Counted from the stretch's first letter, positions 13,212 to 33,490 are shown. The stretch: 64,000 bases of DNA from Octopus vulgaris (GCA_951406725.2 OX597834.1:44702001-44766000); one strand, 5' to 3'. Numbers and translations are program-made. The notes: generated from the letters alone by a model not told the origin.

Positions 13212-13915
13212 CTATATGACGTAAATAAACAATAAAAAATAACTTGATTTATATTTCTGAAATTTGTACAAAGCCGTTAATTACTGCATATATAAATTAA
13301 TTGGAACATATTTTGTTCGAATTTAATATGTAGCCGTAAACTGTACAGGTTTTAAACATTTTGGAAAATCTAACTCGTTTACGGATTCTATAAAATTTTA
13401 AAAAAGATGATTTCAAATTGGGATGATTCCAAATCAGTTCCTTTACCGAGTGAGATCTTCATTTTGGTCTACTCAAAGATTGTTTCAGTAAATTTCACCT
13501 TTTCATTGGCTCAAAGACGAAATATGTTGCCCATAAAGATCTGGTTGAATTTATCAAATTTTAAAACCACGGAAAATCGTAGTGATGATAAAAATGAAAA
13601 ATCAGAAACTTCAAGGCATATCATGACTTCACAAGAAAGTAATCTTCGGAGTACAAGACGATTTCACATGTAAAATGGGAATATAATGGATTGACTTTTA
13701 CTTCGAAAAATATTGAAAAAAATATTTGTCTGATTAATATGTAAGGATTGTTTGGTGTCTGAAAGTATGAACCTCCTAAAATTAAAAGCATTTTGATTCA
13801 AGACATTCCTTCTATAGCAGTTAGCCTATAGAATTGTTTTGAAAGGCTATCAGAATCTTTCAGTACACAGTTGCAATCTCTTGAGAAATCTATTCACACC
13901 ATAAGCAGAGGGATA

Positions 13916-14130
13916 TATTGGGTTGTCCGGAAAGTTCGTAACGATATTTAAAGGAAGGAAAAATGTCAATAAATACTTGCCATTATATTTTTAATCAACC
14001 AAATATGAACCATTTTCTTGCACAATGCGTCTCCATCTTTCTTTTAACTTGAAAATACCCTCTTCTCAGAAATGAGGTGGTTTCATGGCAAATAATTCAT
14101 CAAGGTATCTTTTTACGTCATCCAAGGATC
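13916..14130 (-). mobile_element. Mariner transposon 3' end fragment
   Basis: Minus translation SLDDVKRYLDELFAMKPPHF*EEGIFKLKERWRRIVQENGSYLVD*, followed by a TIR-like end ttgggttgtccggaaagttcgt next to TA. Confidence 0.8.
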
Positions 14131-14373
14131 AAACACTACACACCTTCCTTCCAAGCACTACTGTAAACAGCAGAAGTGAGCTAGAACGTTAAAATTTAGT
14201 GTGCATACAGAGAAGAGTTCAACACCAATCTGTGTCAAGCGGATTTACTCTCCACGCTTTAGCTTCATTACTATGGCAACAGTCCGGATACTTATTGATC
14301 AGACCACGTATGTTCACAACGGGGAAAAGCTCTATTTCTTGATGAAAATAAATCGCAATATCACGATTACCCA

Positions 14374-20531
<6,158 letters not shown>

Positions 20532-20540
20532 TTATCTCTC

Positions 20541-20615
<75 letters not shown>

Positions 20616-21724
20616 GTCTGTCTTGCTCTCTGTCTGTCTCTCTGTCTGTCTGACAGTCTGTCTCTTTATGTGACTGTTTCTCCATCTGCCGGTCTGTCTG
20701 TCTGTCTGTCTGTCTGAAGAAGAGGAAATTCCATCACGTGTTACATGAACCTGGTACCAAGCGTGACACCCACTGCTGCCTTAACAGCCTCCCTGACACG
20801 GCAGATGTAACCTGTGATGGCAACATAACATTCGTTTCATTTGATGAACTTTATCATCCAACAAATGGCAAGGTTTCTTTTTGCTCCCCAACTTTTAGAA
20901 AGCCGTTTCATATACATTGTGGACGGGAGACACTATATCTAACCCTCGCGCTTCATCCATTCTTCCTCTTTGTCTCATTTCAGCAAAAGCTTCTTTTTTT
21001 TACTTTTGCTAGGATCGAAATTTTGCTTTCTTTACACCCGAAGAAGGAAGGGAAACAACTAAATTGGGCCATTATTCATGGGAGGCAACTCTTAATATTC
21101 CTTTCCCCTCTCCTCTTGTCATGACGGGACGTAACTCTGTTTAAACTATTCAATTTTTACTTTTCAAAGAACGTTCATTTTAGGCTAAATTGAAGATAAC
21201 GCCAATTACGTCACAGAAACGAGAATTTTGTTTTTGTTTTTTAATGTAATAGCACAAAATGTGTTATTTTATGTCCAGCTTCACCGAAAGTTCTTAGTTC
21301 GCGTGGAATTTGTGTTGGTGATTTGTAGAGAAATTGAAGACGAAGATTTATTGACTACAGTGTGGAGTAGCAATAAACTGGCATGTATGTCACAGACTGA
21401 GGCAGTTGTCCAGCGTTATGTTTTTATAAACTCTGGCTGGTTGTAAAGCATTTTTTCCGACAGCAACTTCCTTGTTTTCTATGTGTCCTGAAGCAAGTGT
21501 GTTGTGTCTCGAAATGATTGATCTTCTTAAGGTTGAAGTTTATCAATGGTCTAAAATGTTAGAGGCTCACCCGCATGAACGTTGCCTACACATACTGCGG
21601 ATAAATATTTCTCTCCCATACCTTATGAACACTCCAGGGTTTCTTTCTATTCCTGTCATCTGTTTTGTTTTTCTTCTTTTCATACCGATTCACAATTTGT
21701 GTCAGTCAAAATAATAATGAAATC

Positions 21725-21924
21725 CCCGGAGTTTGTTGTCCGGCAGGTTTACTCCCTCTCTTTTGACTTATGTAATGATTCTCGTGTCACTATTACACAG
21801 ACTGGAGGCGTTGCGAAGCATCCTGCGCGAGCTAGGATGTGAGAGATGTGTGTCGGTATATGCCAACGACATCACGTTAATAGTGTCGGATCATAAACAC
21901 ATAGAAATGATTCGTAGCGCATAA
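21725..21924 (+). pseudogene. Short Tx1-like RT fragment (copy at 55210-55410)
   Basis: LRSILRELGCERCVSVYANDITLIVSDHKHIEMI aligns to LRGIPRELGCGTSVSAYADDVTVIVSSKKHIQMI. Confidence 0.85.
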
Positions 21925-23256
21925 CATGTATTACGACTACCAGAAGTTACGAAATTTTGCAAATGTAAAATATGACTATTTTGTTCGGGATACAGACAGT
22001 AATTTCGCTCTTACCGTACTCGCATTGCGGAGTTGTAAGATCGCTAAGTATCTAACACTACTTTTTCTTCTTTGGTTAGAGTCCATTTGCAATTTTCTTT
22101 AGTCAAAATATACAGCTTACGATTTGAAAAAGTATCGTCATGTGACACCCATACATGCATACATGTTACGTATATTTAAACATAAATATAAACATGTATA
22201 TATGAAATAGAGTTTCTGAGAGTGATGGGTAGTTTAAAAAAGCAAAGTACTTTTTTGCTAAAGAAGATGTAAATGAAATTCACTCCGTATTCAAAACATT
22301 AACAACGGATTTTTTATATTATAATTTTACGCAATTTAATTATGATGCAAATTTGAACAAACGCGAAATTGTTCGTTTTGGTTTCTTTCTCATTCTAATT
22401 CATTTCTCAGAGTTTTAGCTAAAACACTCCGAAAATTTTATCAACGTACATCACGAGTGTCAATCGTTACTGAGTTGTATAACTTGTTTTGTTTACATAT
22501 TTAGAAAACAATAATCCGACCTGATAATGGTTTTACAACGAAGAACAAAGCTAGAAATTCCCAGGAAGTCTATAATAATGGAAAATTTAGATGACACCAA
22601 GGAAATGAATTTGAACCGGTTTACAAATGTTACGATTGCAGCCAAAATGTTTTGACAAATATAAGCAGAGAAAAAATGGTTTTTACTTTCTTAAATTCTT
22701 TTATTTTGAATTTGGCATTTGACTTCCATGTCGCCCCAAAACTAAACATTTGAAACAGCATAAAACGCAATCATGTATCCATGGTGGTGAACATTTCTAA
22801 GAAGTCTGTGTCTAGCGCTGAAAAATTATCACGTCCTAAATTTCAAAGAGATTATGGGTTTTCGTAAGACCCATGGTGAAAGTCAATAACATATCGCACA
22901 ACACCACTAAAATACTCACTTACAAAGCGAAGTAATCCAGAAACAAGCAACAGCAAATGATCCATCTTGGCAATGAAGCGGTTTTTATTTCGAAATTTCA
23001 TTTGCCTAAAAATATTTCGAAGCAAAGACATAAATATTGAATGACATTTGTGAGTTCATCTGTCCCTTAACAGGTATCCTTTTTTCCCCTGCAGAGTAGC
23101 CAACATCCTTACCATGCACGTGTGTATATGTTTGCCGACTGAACGACCGTGGAACTTAACTATGGTATGTCTATAGCAGCATTACCTGACACCTTTGGCT
23201 CTCAATGACACCATTATCTCTTATATATATATGTATATATATATATATATATACAC

Positions 23257-23376
<120 letters not shown>

Positions 23377-23465
23377 TTTGATACTTTGATACTTTGATAG
23401 GTTTCGGCCATTATTGGCCCAGGCCATGTCTAACTTAATAGCACCACCTGGTGAAGTCTTTCAAG

Positions 23466-26400
23466 TCAGAATTTGGGCACTATGGCCCACTCAAGTAGAG
23501 AGTTATTGTTTACAGAGACATATCCGGGTGTAGGGGGTTTATCCGGGATTTCTTGAAGGAATCTGTCCAAAGACTTCTTGAACCCTATAGGGTCAGTTTC
23601 TGTTTTAATGTGTTTTGGTGTAATGTTAAAGAGAGCGGGGCCAATTGAGGTGAAATAATTGTGCCGTATTGTTGTTATGAGATGAGAGTGCGATTTTTGT
23701 TTTGGGCGGATGGCACGGGGCCCAAGCCTTGGATGTACCTTAAAGGTGATGCCAACATCATTTGGGCAATGCTGATGGAATATTTTCCACATCATGCAGA
23801 TGATGTAGCGCTCACGACGACGTTGGAGAGAATAGAGTTTTAGCTTTTCTAGTCGACCCCAATAGTCGAGGCCTGTCATGCCATCTATCTTTTTTGTGAT
23901 TGCCCTTTGAGGTGCTTCGACTTTTTTGATACCTTGTATTGTGTGGGGAGACCACAGTGGACAACAGTATTCAAGGTGGGGTCGGGCAAAAATGGAGAAG
24001 AGAAGGATAATGGTGTGGATATCTCTCGACTGGAAAGTTCTGAGAATCCAGGAACACATTCTGCGGGCCATGTCAACTTTGGTGTTTATATGAGTGGCCC
24101 AGCTTACGTTGTTGTCCACAATTACTCCCAAGTCTCTGATGTTGTTGGACGCCGCGAGAGTTTCACCTGAAGGAAGGGAGTATGGGAGTTTCAGGGCATC
24201 CTCTTTTCCAAAGTGGATTAGCTCAAATTTATCCTCGTTCAGCAGCATATTGTTTTTTTCTGCCCATTGGATAACAGCCAGTAGATCTGACTGAAGGCAT
24301 GTCCGGTCACTCGCCTCATTTATGACCTTCTGTAGCTTGGAGTCATCTGCAAAGATTTTTATGTTGCTGTGCTTGATGATGTCATTAATGTCATTAATGT
24401 AAATGATGAAAAGAAGTGGGCCCAGCACAGTGCCTTGCGGAACGCCACTACTGACTTTGGCTGGGCTTGATTTTACCCCTTCAACTACAACATGTTGAGA
24501 TCTGTCTGTCAGGAAACACTTAATCCATTTCAGTAACTTTCCAGAGACACCAATGTTGGATAGTTTTTTCAATAGGATCTTGTGATCGACCCTGTCGAAG
24601 GCCTTACTGAAATCAAGGTAGATGACATCGGTGTTGGAGCCCTCTCCCAAAGCTCTCAAAATGTCCTCAAAGTGATGCAGGAGCTGCGTTAGGCAGTCCC
24701 TTCCATTACGGAACCCGTGTTGGTTGGAGATCAGCCGTCTGTTGCTTTCCAGAAATTGGGTTATTTGAGATCTCACCACCCTCTCAAATACCTTGATAAT
24801 ATGAGAGGTGAGTGAGATCGGACGGTAATTCACTGCAAGGGACTTGTTTCCCTTTTTGAAAACTGGGACAACAGACTGGGACAGAAGGTTTTTTGGAATA
24901 TAGCCAGCATCCAGTGAGTTTCTCCACAGATTAGCAAGGGGAGATGCAAGTTGGTGTCGACACACCTTCAGGACACAAGCAGGGAACCTATCGGGGCCTA
25001 CTGCTGAATTGTGTTTTATTTCGTTTATCGCCGCTAAGACATCAGGGGCACTAAACGTTATGTCCGATATAGTGTGTTGGGGGTTGACATCACTGATACA
25101 GCCCAGATCGGCCATATCAGGATTGCTGAAAACAGAGCAGTATTGTTTCTGCAGTATCTCGGCCATGGATTTGGCATTATCTTGGAGAGTGCCAGTTTCG
25201 TCAATTAGAGGGCCTACAGTGGAGACAGTGACCCTGCGTTTCCTCGCAAATGAAAAGAACACTTTGCGGTTGAGTTTGATTTTTTCAATGGCCCACTTCT
25301 CCTCAGCTGATCTTTGGTTATTGATGAGGGACTTCATGCATTGTTGGAGGTTATATTTTTTGGATTCAAGCAGTGCGATAGCCGTCGAATGTGTGTGTTG
25401 CTGTTGGCAGTACTTTAGTTTGTTAATTTTTTTGTTTGTTCTTTTTATTTTTCTGATAATGGTTTTTCTGTTTTGGGGGATTCTGCACTTTTTGTTCACA
25501 GGTCTTGGTGGGGAGTGTTTTGCACATATGTCTGTGACGGTGTCTACAAAGATCTGCCAAGATGTTTTATGGTTGGTGGAGATGTGTGTATGTGTAAAGG
25601 ACCAGTCAACATTTGATAGCTCGTTCCTGATTGCATCCCAGTTGGCTTTATGGAGATCCATGTTGTCAAATGGGTGGGCTGGAGGAAGGTCACTAGGATT
25701 AGCTTTCGGCTGGTGGAATTTCATGTTACAGAGAACCATGTCATGGTCTGAAAGAAGGGTTTTTTCCACTGTAACGTTATGTATAGTGTTAGTGTGGTTA
25801 CTAAACACTAGGTCCAAAATGTTCTGATGTCTTGTTGGTGCAAGGACAAGTTGGGACAAGAAAAACTCATTCGTAAAGTCGAAAAGTGACTCTGCTGCTT
25901 CTTTGTCAGCGGTTGAGGCGGGAGTGCTTGGTTTCAAACAGTTTGTAGTCCAGTCAACACAGGGTAGATTGAAGTCTCCCATCATGAGTATGTTGCTAGA
26001 ATGGCACTGTTGAATAAAGCACTTAATGCTGTTGAGGCATTCTTTAAAGCACAGTATGGGTGTTTGGGGCGGCCTATAGAGCCCAATTACTGTCAGATCA
26101 TTGGCTTTGTTGTGCACGGTGACTGATTCACAGTAGCCGTTGGAGAATATACTATTTCCATCTGCCGTAAATGAATCATGCAGGAAAATGGCAGTTCCAC
26201 CCTTCCTCCTGCCGATACGATCCGCGCGGATGGTTGTGAAATTCTTCACTCTCACTTCGGCTTCCAAGTGGGAGTTGTCAAGGTGGGTCTCAGTGAGAAT
26301 GAAGAAAGGGATGTGGTGTGAATGGTTACCAACCCAGTCTTCAATGAATTGGACCTTCCATTTTTGTGCATTGATGGAAGGGCTGACACCTTGTGCATTG

Positions 26401-26705
26401 AGTAGGAATGTGGAGGTTAGTGTAGTGGCTGGTTTTGACTGTTGCAGGGGGCTTGGATTTTTTGTGTGTGTTAGTGGCAGCAATGTGGGGAATTGGTGCA
26501 CTGGGGTAATAGCATAGGATGGTGTTGAGTGATGGCTAGAATGTTTTTGTGTATCTCTTTTGCCATGTTCAACATGGCTAAAAAGAATTTTCCTGCTTAG
26601 GGAGCAGTTTTTGGCTGGAGGTGTGGTTGCACTGTTGGATAGGGTTGTAGTTTCCACTTTTGTTGTTGTTGTTTTTGTGTCTTCCTGAAAAGACTGGACC
26701 AGCAT
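23466..26705 (-). CDS. LINE ORF2: APE endonuclease + reverse transcriptase (1079 aa)
   Basis: LNAQG, LTETHL, RADR..RKGG, YRPP, GDFNLP, LDLVF and SDH endonuclease motifs; NYRPISLTS, QHGFR, YLDFSKAFD, GVPQGTVLGP and FADD RT motifs; no stops. Confidence 0.96.
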   Translation of the reverse strand: MLVQSFQEDTKTTTTKVETTTLSNSATTPPAKNCSLSRKILFSHVEHGKRDTQKHSSHHSTPSYAITPVHQFPTLLPLTHTKNPSPLQQSKPATTLTSTFLLNAQGVSPSINAQKWKVQFIEDWVGNHSHHIPFFILTETHLDNSHLEAEVRVKNFTTIRADRIGRRKGGTAIFLHDSFTADGNSIFSNGYCESVTVHNKANDLTVIGLYRPPQTPILCFKECLNSIKCFIQQCHSSNILMMGDFNLPCVDWTTNCLKPSTPASTADKEAAESLFDFTNEFFLSQLVLAPTRHQNILDLVFSNHTNTIHNVTVEKTLLSDHDMVLCNMKFHQPKANPSDLPPAHPFDNMDLHKANWDAIRNELSNVDWSFTHTHISTNHKTSWQIFVDTVTDICAKHSPPRPVNKKCRIPQNRKTIIRKIKRTNKKINKLKYCQQQHTHSTAIALLESKKYNLQQCMKSLINNQRSAEEKWAIEKIKLNRKVFFSFARKRRVTVSTVGPLIDETGTLQDNAKSMAEILQKQYCSVFSNPDMADLGCISDVNPQHTISDITFSAPDVLAAINEIKHNSAVGPDRFPACVLKVCRHQLASPLANLWRNSLDAGYIPKNLLSQSVVPVFKKGNKSLAVNYRPISLTSHIIKVFERVVRSQITQFLESNRRLISNQHGFRNGRDCLTQLLHHFEDILRALGEGSNTDVIYLDFSKAFDRVDHKILLKKLSNIGVSGKLLKWIKCFLTDRSQHVVVEGVKSSPAKVSSGVPQGTVLGPLLFIIYINDINDIIKHSNIKIFADDSKLQKVINEASDRTCLQSDLLAVIQWAEKNNMLLNEDKFELIHFGKEDALKLPYSLPSGETLAASNNIRDLGVIVDNNVSWATHINTKVDMARRMCSWILRTFQSRDIHTIILLFSIFARPHLEYCCPLWSPHTIQGIKKVEAPQRAITKKIDGMTGLDYWGRLEKLKLYSLQRRRERYIICMMWKIFHQHCPNDVGITFKVHPRLGPRAIRPKQKSHSHLITTIRHNYFTSIGPALFNITPKHIKTETDPIGFKKSLDRFLQEIPDKPPTPGYVSVNNNSLLEWAIVPKF

Positions 26706-27699
26706 TACTGCAGCATGGTGTGTTTCTATTTTTATTGTTATTCAGGTTTGTGTGTTGGCTTGAGGCCCCGTTTCTGTTTGTGCGTCGGGTCCCTGGAAGA
26801 TGAGTGAAGGGACAGTCACTCAGTAGACATGTTCTCTCACGTTGGGAATACCGGCAGATTTTGGGACTCCGAGTTGTGTGTGTTTTGAATTTCGATTTAC
26901 TATTTGGTGGTGTTGATGTTATTGTGGGATGCGTGCTTTGGCCTTGGCCAGTAGTGCGTCTAGTGCCGGGTAGATGCGTGAAGATGCAGTCACTATTTGT
27001 GCAGAGTCTCTGGCGCAGTGAATAGCGGCATATTTGGGGATTTCTTGTTTGTGCCGTGGGGGGCGCATTCTGCTTCCTATGTTTCTTTAAGTTTTTGTTA
27101 CTGCAGTAGTATTGAGGTGGTGATGTGGGGGAAGAGGGCAGTGGTTTCTTATTTGGTTTTCTGTTGGTATTTTTGGTGATAGAAGACGATGGTGGCAGCG
27201 GTGGTGATGATGATGATGATAATTGTGGTGGTTGCTGTGAGAGCGGTGAAAAGATACTGGCATTTAGTGAATCGTCTAGTAAGCTAGAGTTGAGGAGTGG
27301 CTGTTGTTGTTCTTGTTGCTGTGGCTGTTGTTGTTGTTGTTGTGACTGACCGATGTCAGGGTCAGCCATTGTGTTGGGAACCAGGAGTGGCTCATTCTGT
27401 TGTTGTTGTTGTTGTGGCTGCTGATTTTCTAGCTGTTGTTGTTCTTGAACTGTGAAAATATGTAGAAGCTTTTCATAATGGCCTCTTATCAGTTTGAAAG
27501 ATACTTCGATATGTTTCAACTTGCTACGAATCTGTTTGACGGATCGTGTGTTGACCACTTGTGATGTTTTTTCGGCAATCTCATTCAAACACAAGACATT
27601 TAGATTTTCTGTTTGGGAAAGAGAGAGCCATGTGTTTATTAAAACATCAATTTCGTTATCAGACCAATTTCGTCTGTTGCAGGCCTGCAAGTTAGTCAT
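26578..27699 (-). CDS. LINE ORF1: N-terminal Myb/SANT-like region, poly-Q, two CCCH-type fingers (373 aa)
   Basis: RRNWSDNEIDVLINTW...EIAEK...RSVKQIRSKLKHI; repeats ICRYSLRQRLCTNSDCIFTHLPGT and ICRYSQRERTCLLSDCPFTHLPGT. Confidence 0.85.
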   Translation of the reverse strand: MTNLQACNRRNWSDNEIDVLINTWLSLSQTENLNVLCLNEIAEKTSQVVNTRSVKQIRSKLKHIEVSFKLIRGHYEKLLHIFTVQEQQQLENQQPQQQQQQNEPLLVPNTMADPDIGQSQQQQQQPQQQEQQQPLLNSSLLDDSLNASIFSPLSQQPPQLSSSSSPPLPPSSSITKNTNRKPNKKPLPSSPTSPPQYYCSNKNLKKHRKQNAPPTAQTRNPQICRYSLRQRLCTNSDCIFTHLPGTRRTTGQGQSTHPTITSTPPNSKSKFKTHTTRSPKICRYSQRERTCLLSDCPFTHLPGTRRTNRNGASSQHTNLNNNKNRNTPCCSNAGPVFSGRHKNNNNKSGNYNPIQQCNHTSSQKLLPKQENSF

Positions 27700-28020
27700 G
27701 TTTGTTTTTCTTTTGTTTGTTTTCCTTTTGATTTTTGAAAATATATATATTCTTTCTTGGGAGTTAAAGAAGTGTATATATATATAAATATTCTCTCTTA
27801 AGGGTGTGAGTTTTTGATTATTTGGTTGTTTGAGGATATTAAAAGAAAAACAGGTGTATATAACAATTTGTAGTTAAATGAAAACGTACTTACGGGTTTG
27901 TAGGCAAACACGTGGTTACAAATATATATATATTTAAGGTCAGTTAGTTTTGAAGCTGTGTAGCTTGCTACTGACTCGGGAGAGAAACAAATAGACGTCC
28001 GTCCAGTTCAACAGTTAATA

Positions 28021-28051
<31 letters not shown>

Positions 28052-28062
28052 GTATATATGTA

Positions 28063-29250
<1,188 letters not shown>

Positions 29251-29619
29251 AAAGGTGTGCCGAGCGGTTTTACTCTGCATACTTTAGCTTCGTTACCATG
29301 TCAATCGTTATGGTATGGACATATCCATTCAAAATCGATAAAACATAGTAATTTGTGCGTGGTGTGTGCATACAGCTAGATACGCCAATAGACTTCCAAC
29401 TGGTTTTTGATTGGACAGTTGAATGCGCGTGCACATTTGCAGGCGGTCTGTATGACTCAGCACATTTTTGTGTTTTGCGAAGACGCGTTATCATGTGTTT
29501 TGGCTTTCAAACGCGCACGATTTTTTGATTTGAGAAATGCAGGGAATAATTAACGAGTTAGACCAAGTGAATGACAAGAGAGCGAGATTTTCATGAAAGA
29601 CCAAATATGCTTGACTAGT

Positions 29620-29652
29620 ACTAGACCCGGGAACGCTGGGTCATAGTGCTAG
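29620..29652 (+). mobile_element. Helitron-type 3' end (copy at ~58410-58442)
   Basis: Hairpin gacccgggaacgctgggtc followed by CTAG|T. Confidence 0.55.
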
Positions 29653-30405
29653 TTTAATTATATGATGATTTCCAGTTACATTCGTTAAAGTCTACACAAA
29701 ATAATGCCCCCTCCATGCACAGTGTATTGGGGACTACGTTATATGAGGTATTATCTGTTGACATTTTATCAAGTGCTACATGTTCTAACGCGTTTCGGTA
29801 GAGGTGTATCTTGGAGTACATCATCTAGAATATTCTTTACACATAGCCTATTTAGGAATTCAATATTAAAGGCTTCTCTCTGCCGCAGTGTTTGTTGGAC
29901 AAAAATTTGGTAATATTTTTTCGAAACAGTAGATTTAGGACGATTTTATCTAAGTTGACATTCACATGCATTTTCTCTAGTACGACCTAATTCATGCGCG
30001 TTTTAGACATGATACACCATGGACTACACATTTAAATGCGCCTACTGCATAATTTATTTGATATTCTTAATACCGTATTGTTGCCATATTCTTACCCTCT
30101 CTCAAGTATCTCACATAAATTCACCATTAACTTATTTTATTTCAACAGTAACGACAGCATTGATTTCATTAAAGACTATGACACGTTTACTCTAACGAAA
30201 AGAAGAGACAAACTTATTTTAGAATACTCATAACTTTAATGTTCTTTTAGTTAATACAACAGTTGCTGTTTAAACGTAGTTTTGCTCGAAATTTGACAAT
30301 AAGCGACATGTAAAAGAAATTGTGATAAAAGGTTTGAAAAATCATTAAAAGAATAAGAAGAATAAGGAGAATGAATTCCCCATTTAACAAATTCATGATG
30401 ATTAT

Positions 30406-30505
30406 TTATTTTCCTCTATAATACATATATTTAAAAGGTAGGTTGCATAGGGGCGTTACGTCATGTCCTCTCCAGAAAAATCTTGCAAAGCAAGCGCATC
30501 GAGCC
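30406..30505 (-). CDS. 8-Cys secreted peptide gene A, exon 3 of 3 (RARCACFARFFWRGHDVTPLCNLPFKYMYYRGK*)
   Basis: Strong acceptor tctcttgtctttctttttag. Phase-2 join AG|G gives Arg and continues exon 2. 100 coding nt, the same as gene B exon 3. Confidence 0.88.
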
Positions 30506-31269
30506 CTAAAAAGAAAGACAAGAGAATAAATGAGACAATCATGTTTTCAAGAAAGAGCAATGGTTATATCAAATATAAAAGTTAAATAAAAATTATTTAG
30601 TGTGGCTTTTAGTTGTGTGCGGTGCGTGTTATGCACGAAGGATATTATGTGTGGATTGGTATATGTATATTGTTTGTTGTGTATTTTGTGTATTTTGTGC
30701 GTGACGTATAGAATGTTTAGTGTAGAGCGTGATGTGCGTGTAGAGTGTCATGTGTGGAGCGCATTATGTGAAGTATATTATGTGTGTATTATGTATATGG
30801 TTGTTGGTAAGGCAGCTAGCTATCAGAATCCCTACCAGGGTGCATAAAACGATTACTGATATTTCCCGGGATTACACCCAGGACTCCTATGACATCCATT
30901 TTACCAATTCCGTGGTCCATACAATAAAATATCATTTGAGTACAGGGGGAAACGAAATCGATTCACCACTAACGAAAAGTTTGGAGCCTGGACCCTATAG
31001 GGGTGTTTTCCAAATACCTGGGGCAAAGAAACGCATTGTATACATTGGTAGGCCATTAAAATAAACACACCATGTTGTTCATCTACAAAGTCATGTGACA
31101 GAGAAAAAGGGGGAAAAGACAGAGAAAATAAAGAAAACAAAAAATAAAATTGTAAACCATGAAAATAAAGGGGCAAAAGGAAAAAAAAACATTCACAGCA
31201 ACAATGCTCTTTTCAGTACGTGTCACGTGCCTGTGAAGTCAATCTTTTGCATGGATGGTCACCCAGGGA

Positions 31270-33300
31270 TCCTTCTTAAATAATTTTCAGTTCCTTTTCG
31301 AGATGGTCTGTTGTTTCGTAAACTGTATTGCAGAATGTGCATTTCGTGGGAGGTTTTTGTAAGCAAGCTTTGATCTTGTGCTGCCAATATGAAAACTTCA
31401 TTCCCTGCTTTCAGTCCTGAGCGCTTCTCAGCCACTGATGGGTCGTTGCTTGGTCTAACTCAGCAGTTCGGCCTGGAAGTATATACTGTCCATGCAGAAG
31501 CTTCTGGCTCTACCGCACCTCAATTTGTTTTTTCCCGTTCTTTTTTCAGACAGTTTGATCCGTTTTGCTTGTTTGATGAAAGTGGTTTCAGGTTCTTCAT
31601 CTAATTCAGGGCCAATACCGAGTTCACAGGCGAATTTGCAAGCTTCCTTGACGATAGAATACGATTCTTTTGCTTTCGTGTTTGCACACAAACCACAGCA
31701 ACCAGTCCTTTGTACCAGATATGCAATTGTTCATTGTTACTGTGGAGGTCTTATAGCACTGTCCTACCTGCATCCTTCCACGTCCCTCATTACTTCTAGG
31801 TAGGTACAGACGATCAACGTCTACTTTTCAGTGGTGCATGTTCTTAGATGTTAGTAGTTTTCTTGTCTTTCTCTCCAGGCGTTGCAACTCTGTGACACTA
31901 CAGTTAATGATATTAAAACTGTATCGAACTACTGGAAGTGCCAGGGTGTTAATGCCTTCGATGCGATTTTCAGACTTGACTTCAGTTTTTAGTATGAGTC
32001 TTACTCTCCTGTAATACTTCTGTCTTATCTTCTTCTTTCAATGCATCATGTTGTGGATCATCTTCGTTTATCCCCGAGTAATTATAGCTTTCTTGTGCGT
32101 TAAATTCCTTGATGGTAGTGTCGCTATCTTATTTAATTGAAGTTGTTTGCTTGAACTTGCCACTTATAAAGGTTGCTGTAGAACGCTGATCAAGGACAAA
32201 ATCGAACCCGATGTCATTGCCGAACTCTTTAACTGTTGTTAACAGCCCTACTAGTTCTTCGCCATTTCTTGAAAACAGCTTCAGATCATCCATATAAAAC
32301 ACATCGTTTACTATAATATTATACACTTTGAACCCATCCCTGGTGTTACTCAGTTCGATTTCGAGGGAATCACCTTGAAAGATGCCTTGTTTGATGTTGA
32401 TGCTGTTAGATTGGTTCATTCCATTACTATAGTTTAGGAGACGTGTATTCAACATGGCTATGCCGCCGTTTAATAATTTGGAGATGAAATGGTGATATGG
32501 ACTGAGTAACAATCCATCAGTAGACGAGAAGTTCAGGGGTCAAATCAAAGACTGATGGTTTCATTTTGGCGGCTCAAGATCAAAGCTTGCTTACAAAAAC
32601 TACCAGGTTAACCTTCTTCAAAACGGTTCTGATCGTAAATGAGGATTATGTAACACATTTGACGAAACAATACACCATCTCGTCTCGGGATATCCTGTGC
32701 TGACACCAGACGAATACAAAAAAAGAACCCACGATATGGTAGGACAGTATTTACATTGGAAAATATGTAAACACTACAAAATCTGCACTCCTGCTTACTG
32801 GTATGAACATCACTTTGGAGCAAGTCGTTGAAGGTAAAAATAGCATTATGCGCTTGGATTTTTCAGTCAACACTGACAGAACGATCCAGGCTAATCGACC
32901 AGACATAAATATTTAAGACAGGGAAGAAAACACTTGTAGACTAACAGATGTAAGTATTCCCACTGATAAAAATATATCCGTAAAGGAATTTGTCAAATTA
33001 AGTAAATATAAGGACCTGGCAATAGATGCTGCGGGTGCCCTCGGTATGTTAAAAAAGAGAAGTCAGAAACATCAAGATAAGTTCCCAGGAAAACCATCTC
33101 TCAGAGAAATCCAAAAGATTGTCCTGTCAACTACTGCCCACCTCCTTAGAAAAAAAACTATCAATTTAAATGTCTGTGCTGTATTAAATTTTGCTACTGC
33201 CCCTGCCACTTTGCGTCCCCACGCTTTCAGTGAAACTGTATCATCTCTTATCCTTCACTCATCACAAGACCCCGGGTGTGTCTAGCAGGCTAACAGTAAA
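31270..33300. mobile_element. Two back-to-back degenerate Dong/R4-clade LINE fragments (minus ~31270-32510; plus ~32510-33300)
   Basis: Minus: QGIFQGDSL, FYMDDLKLF, QWLR..LAAQDQSLL. Plus: GFILAAQDQSLL, TDRTIQANRPD, KYKDL, REIQKIVLSTTAHLLRK. Confidence 0.85.
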
Positions 33301-33408
33301 AAATAACAATAATAATACCGATAAGAATAATATTATACATGATAAAGAACGATTATAATATCTGTTTTCATGATAACATTAAGGAATATTAAATTTCTTT
33401 ATACATAC

Positions 33409-33490
33409 CTGCATTCCGCATCTGGAAAATTTCGACATTTAGTAACATGGCATTCATTAACAAAGCATCTTATTAAGTGGCAGTCATCTT
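33409..33490 (-). CDS. 8-Cys secreted peptide gene A, exon 2 of 3 (EDDCHLIRCFVNECHVTKCRNFPDAEC)
   Basis: Acceptor tttctttttcag, donor gtatgt, 82 nt, phase 1 to phase 2; size and phases identical to gene B exon 2. Confidence 0.9.

Noticed and set aside
25009-26517. Long plus-strand ORFs (272 aa and 125 aa) and similar antisense ORFs over the Tx1 copies
   Set aside because: Antisense shadows of LINE ORFs with no recognisable motifs
31270-33300. Twin-priming inversion of a single Dong element
   Set aside because: Both halves contain the same QWLR..AAQDQSL region with different sequence, so these are two separate insertions
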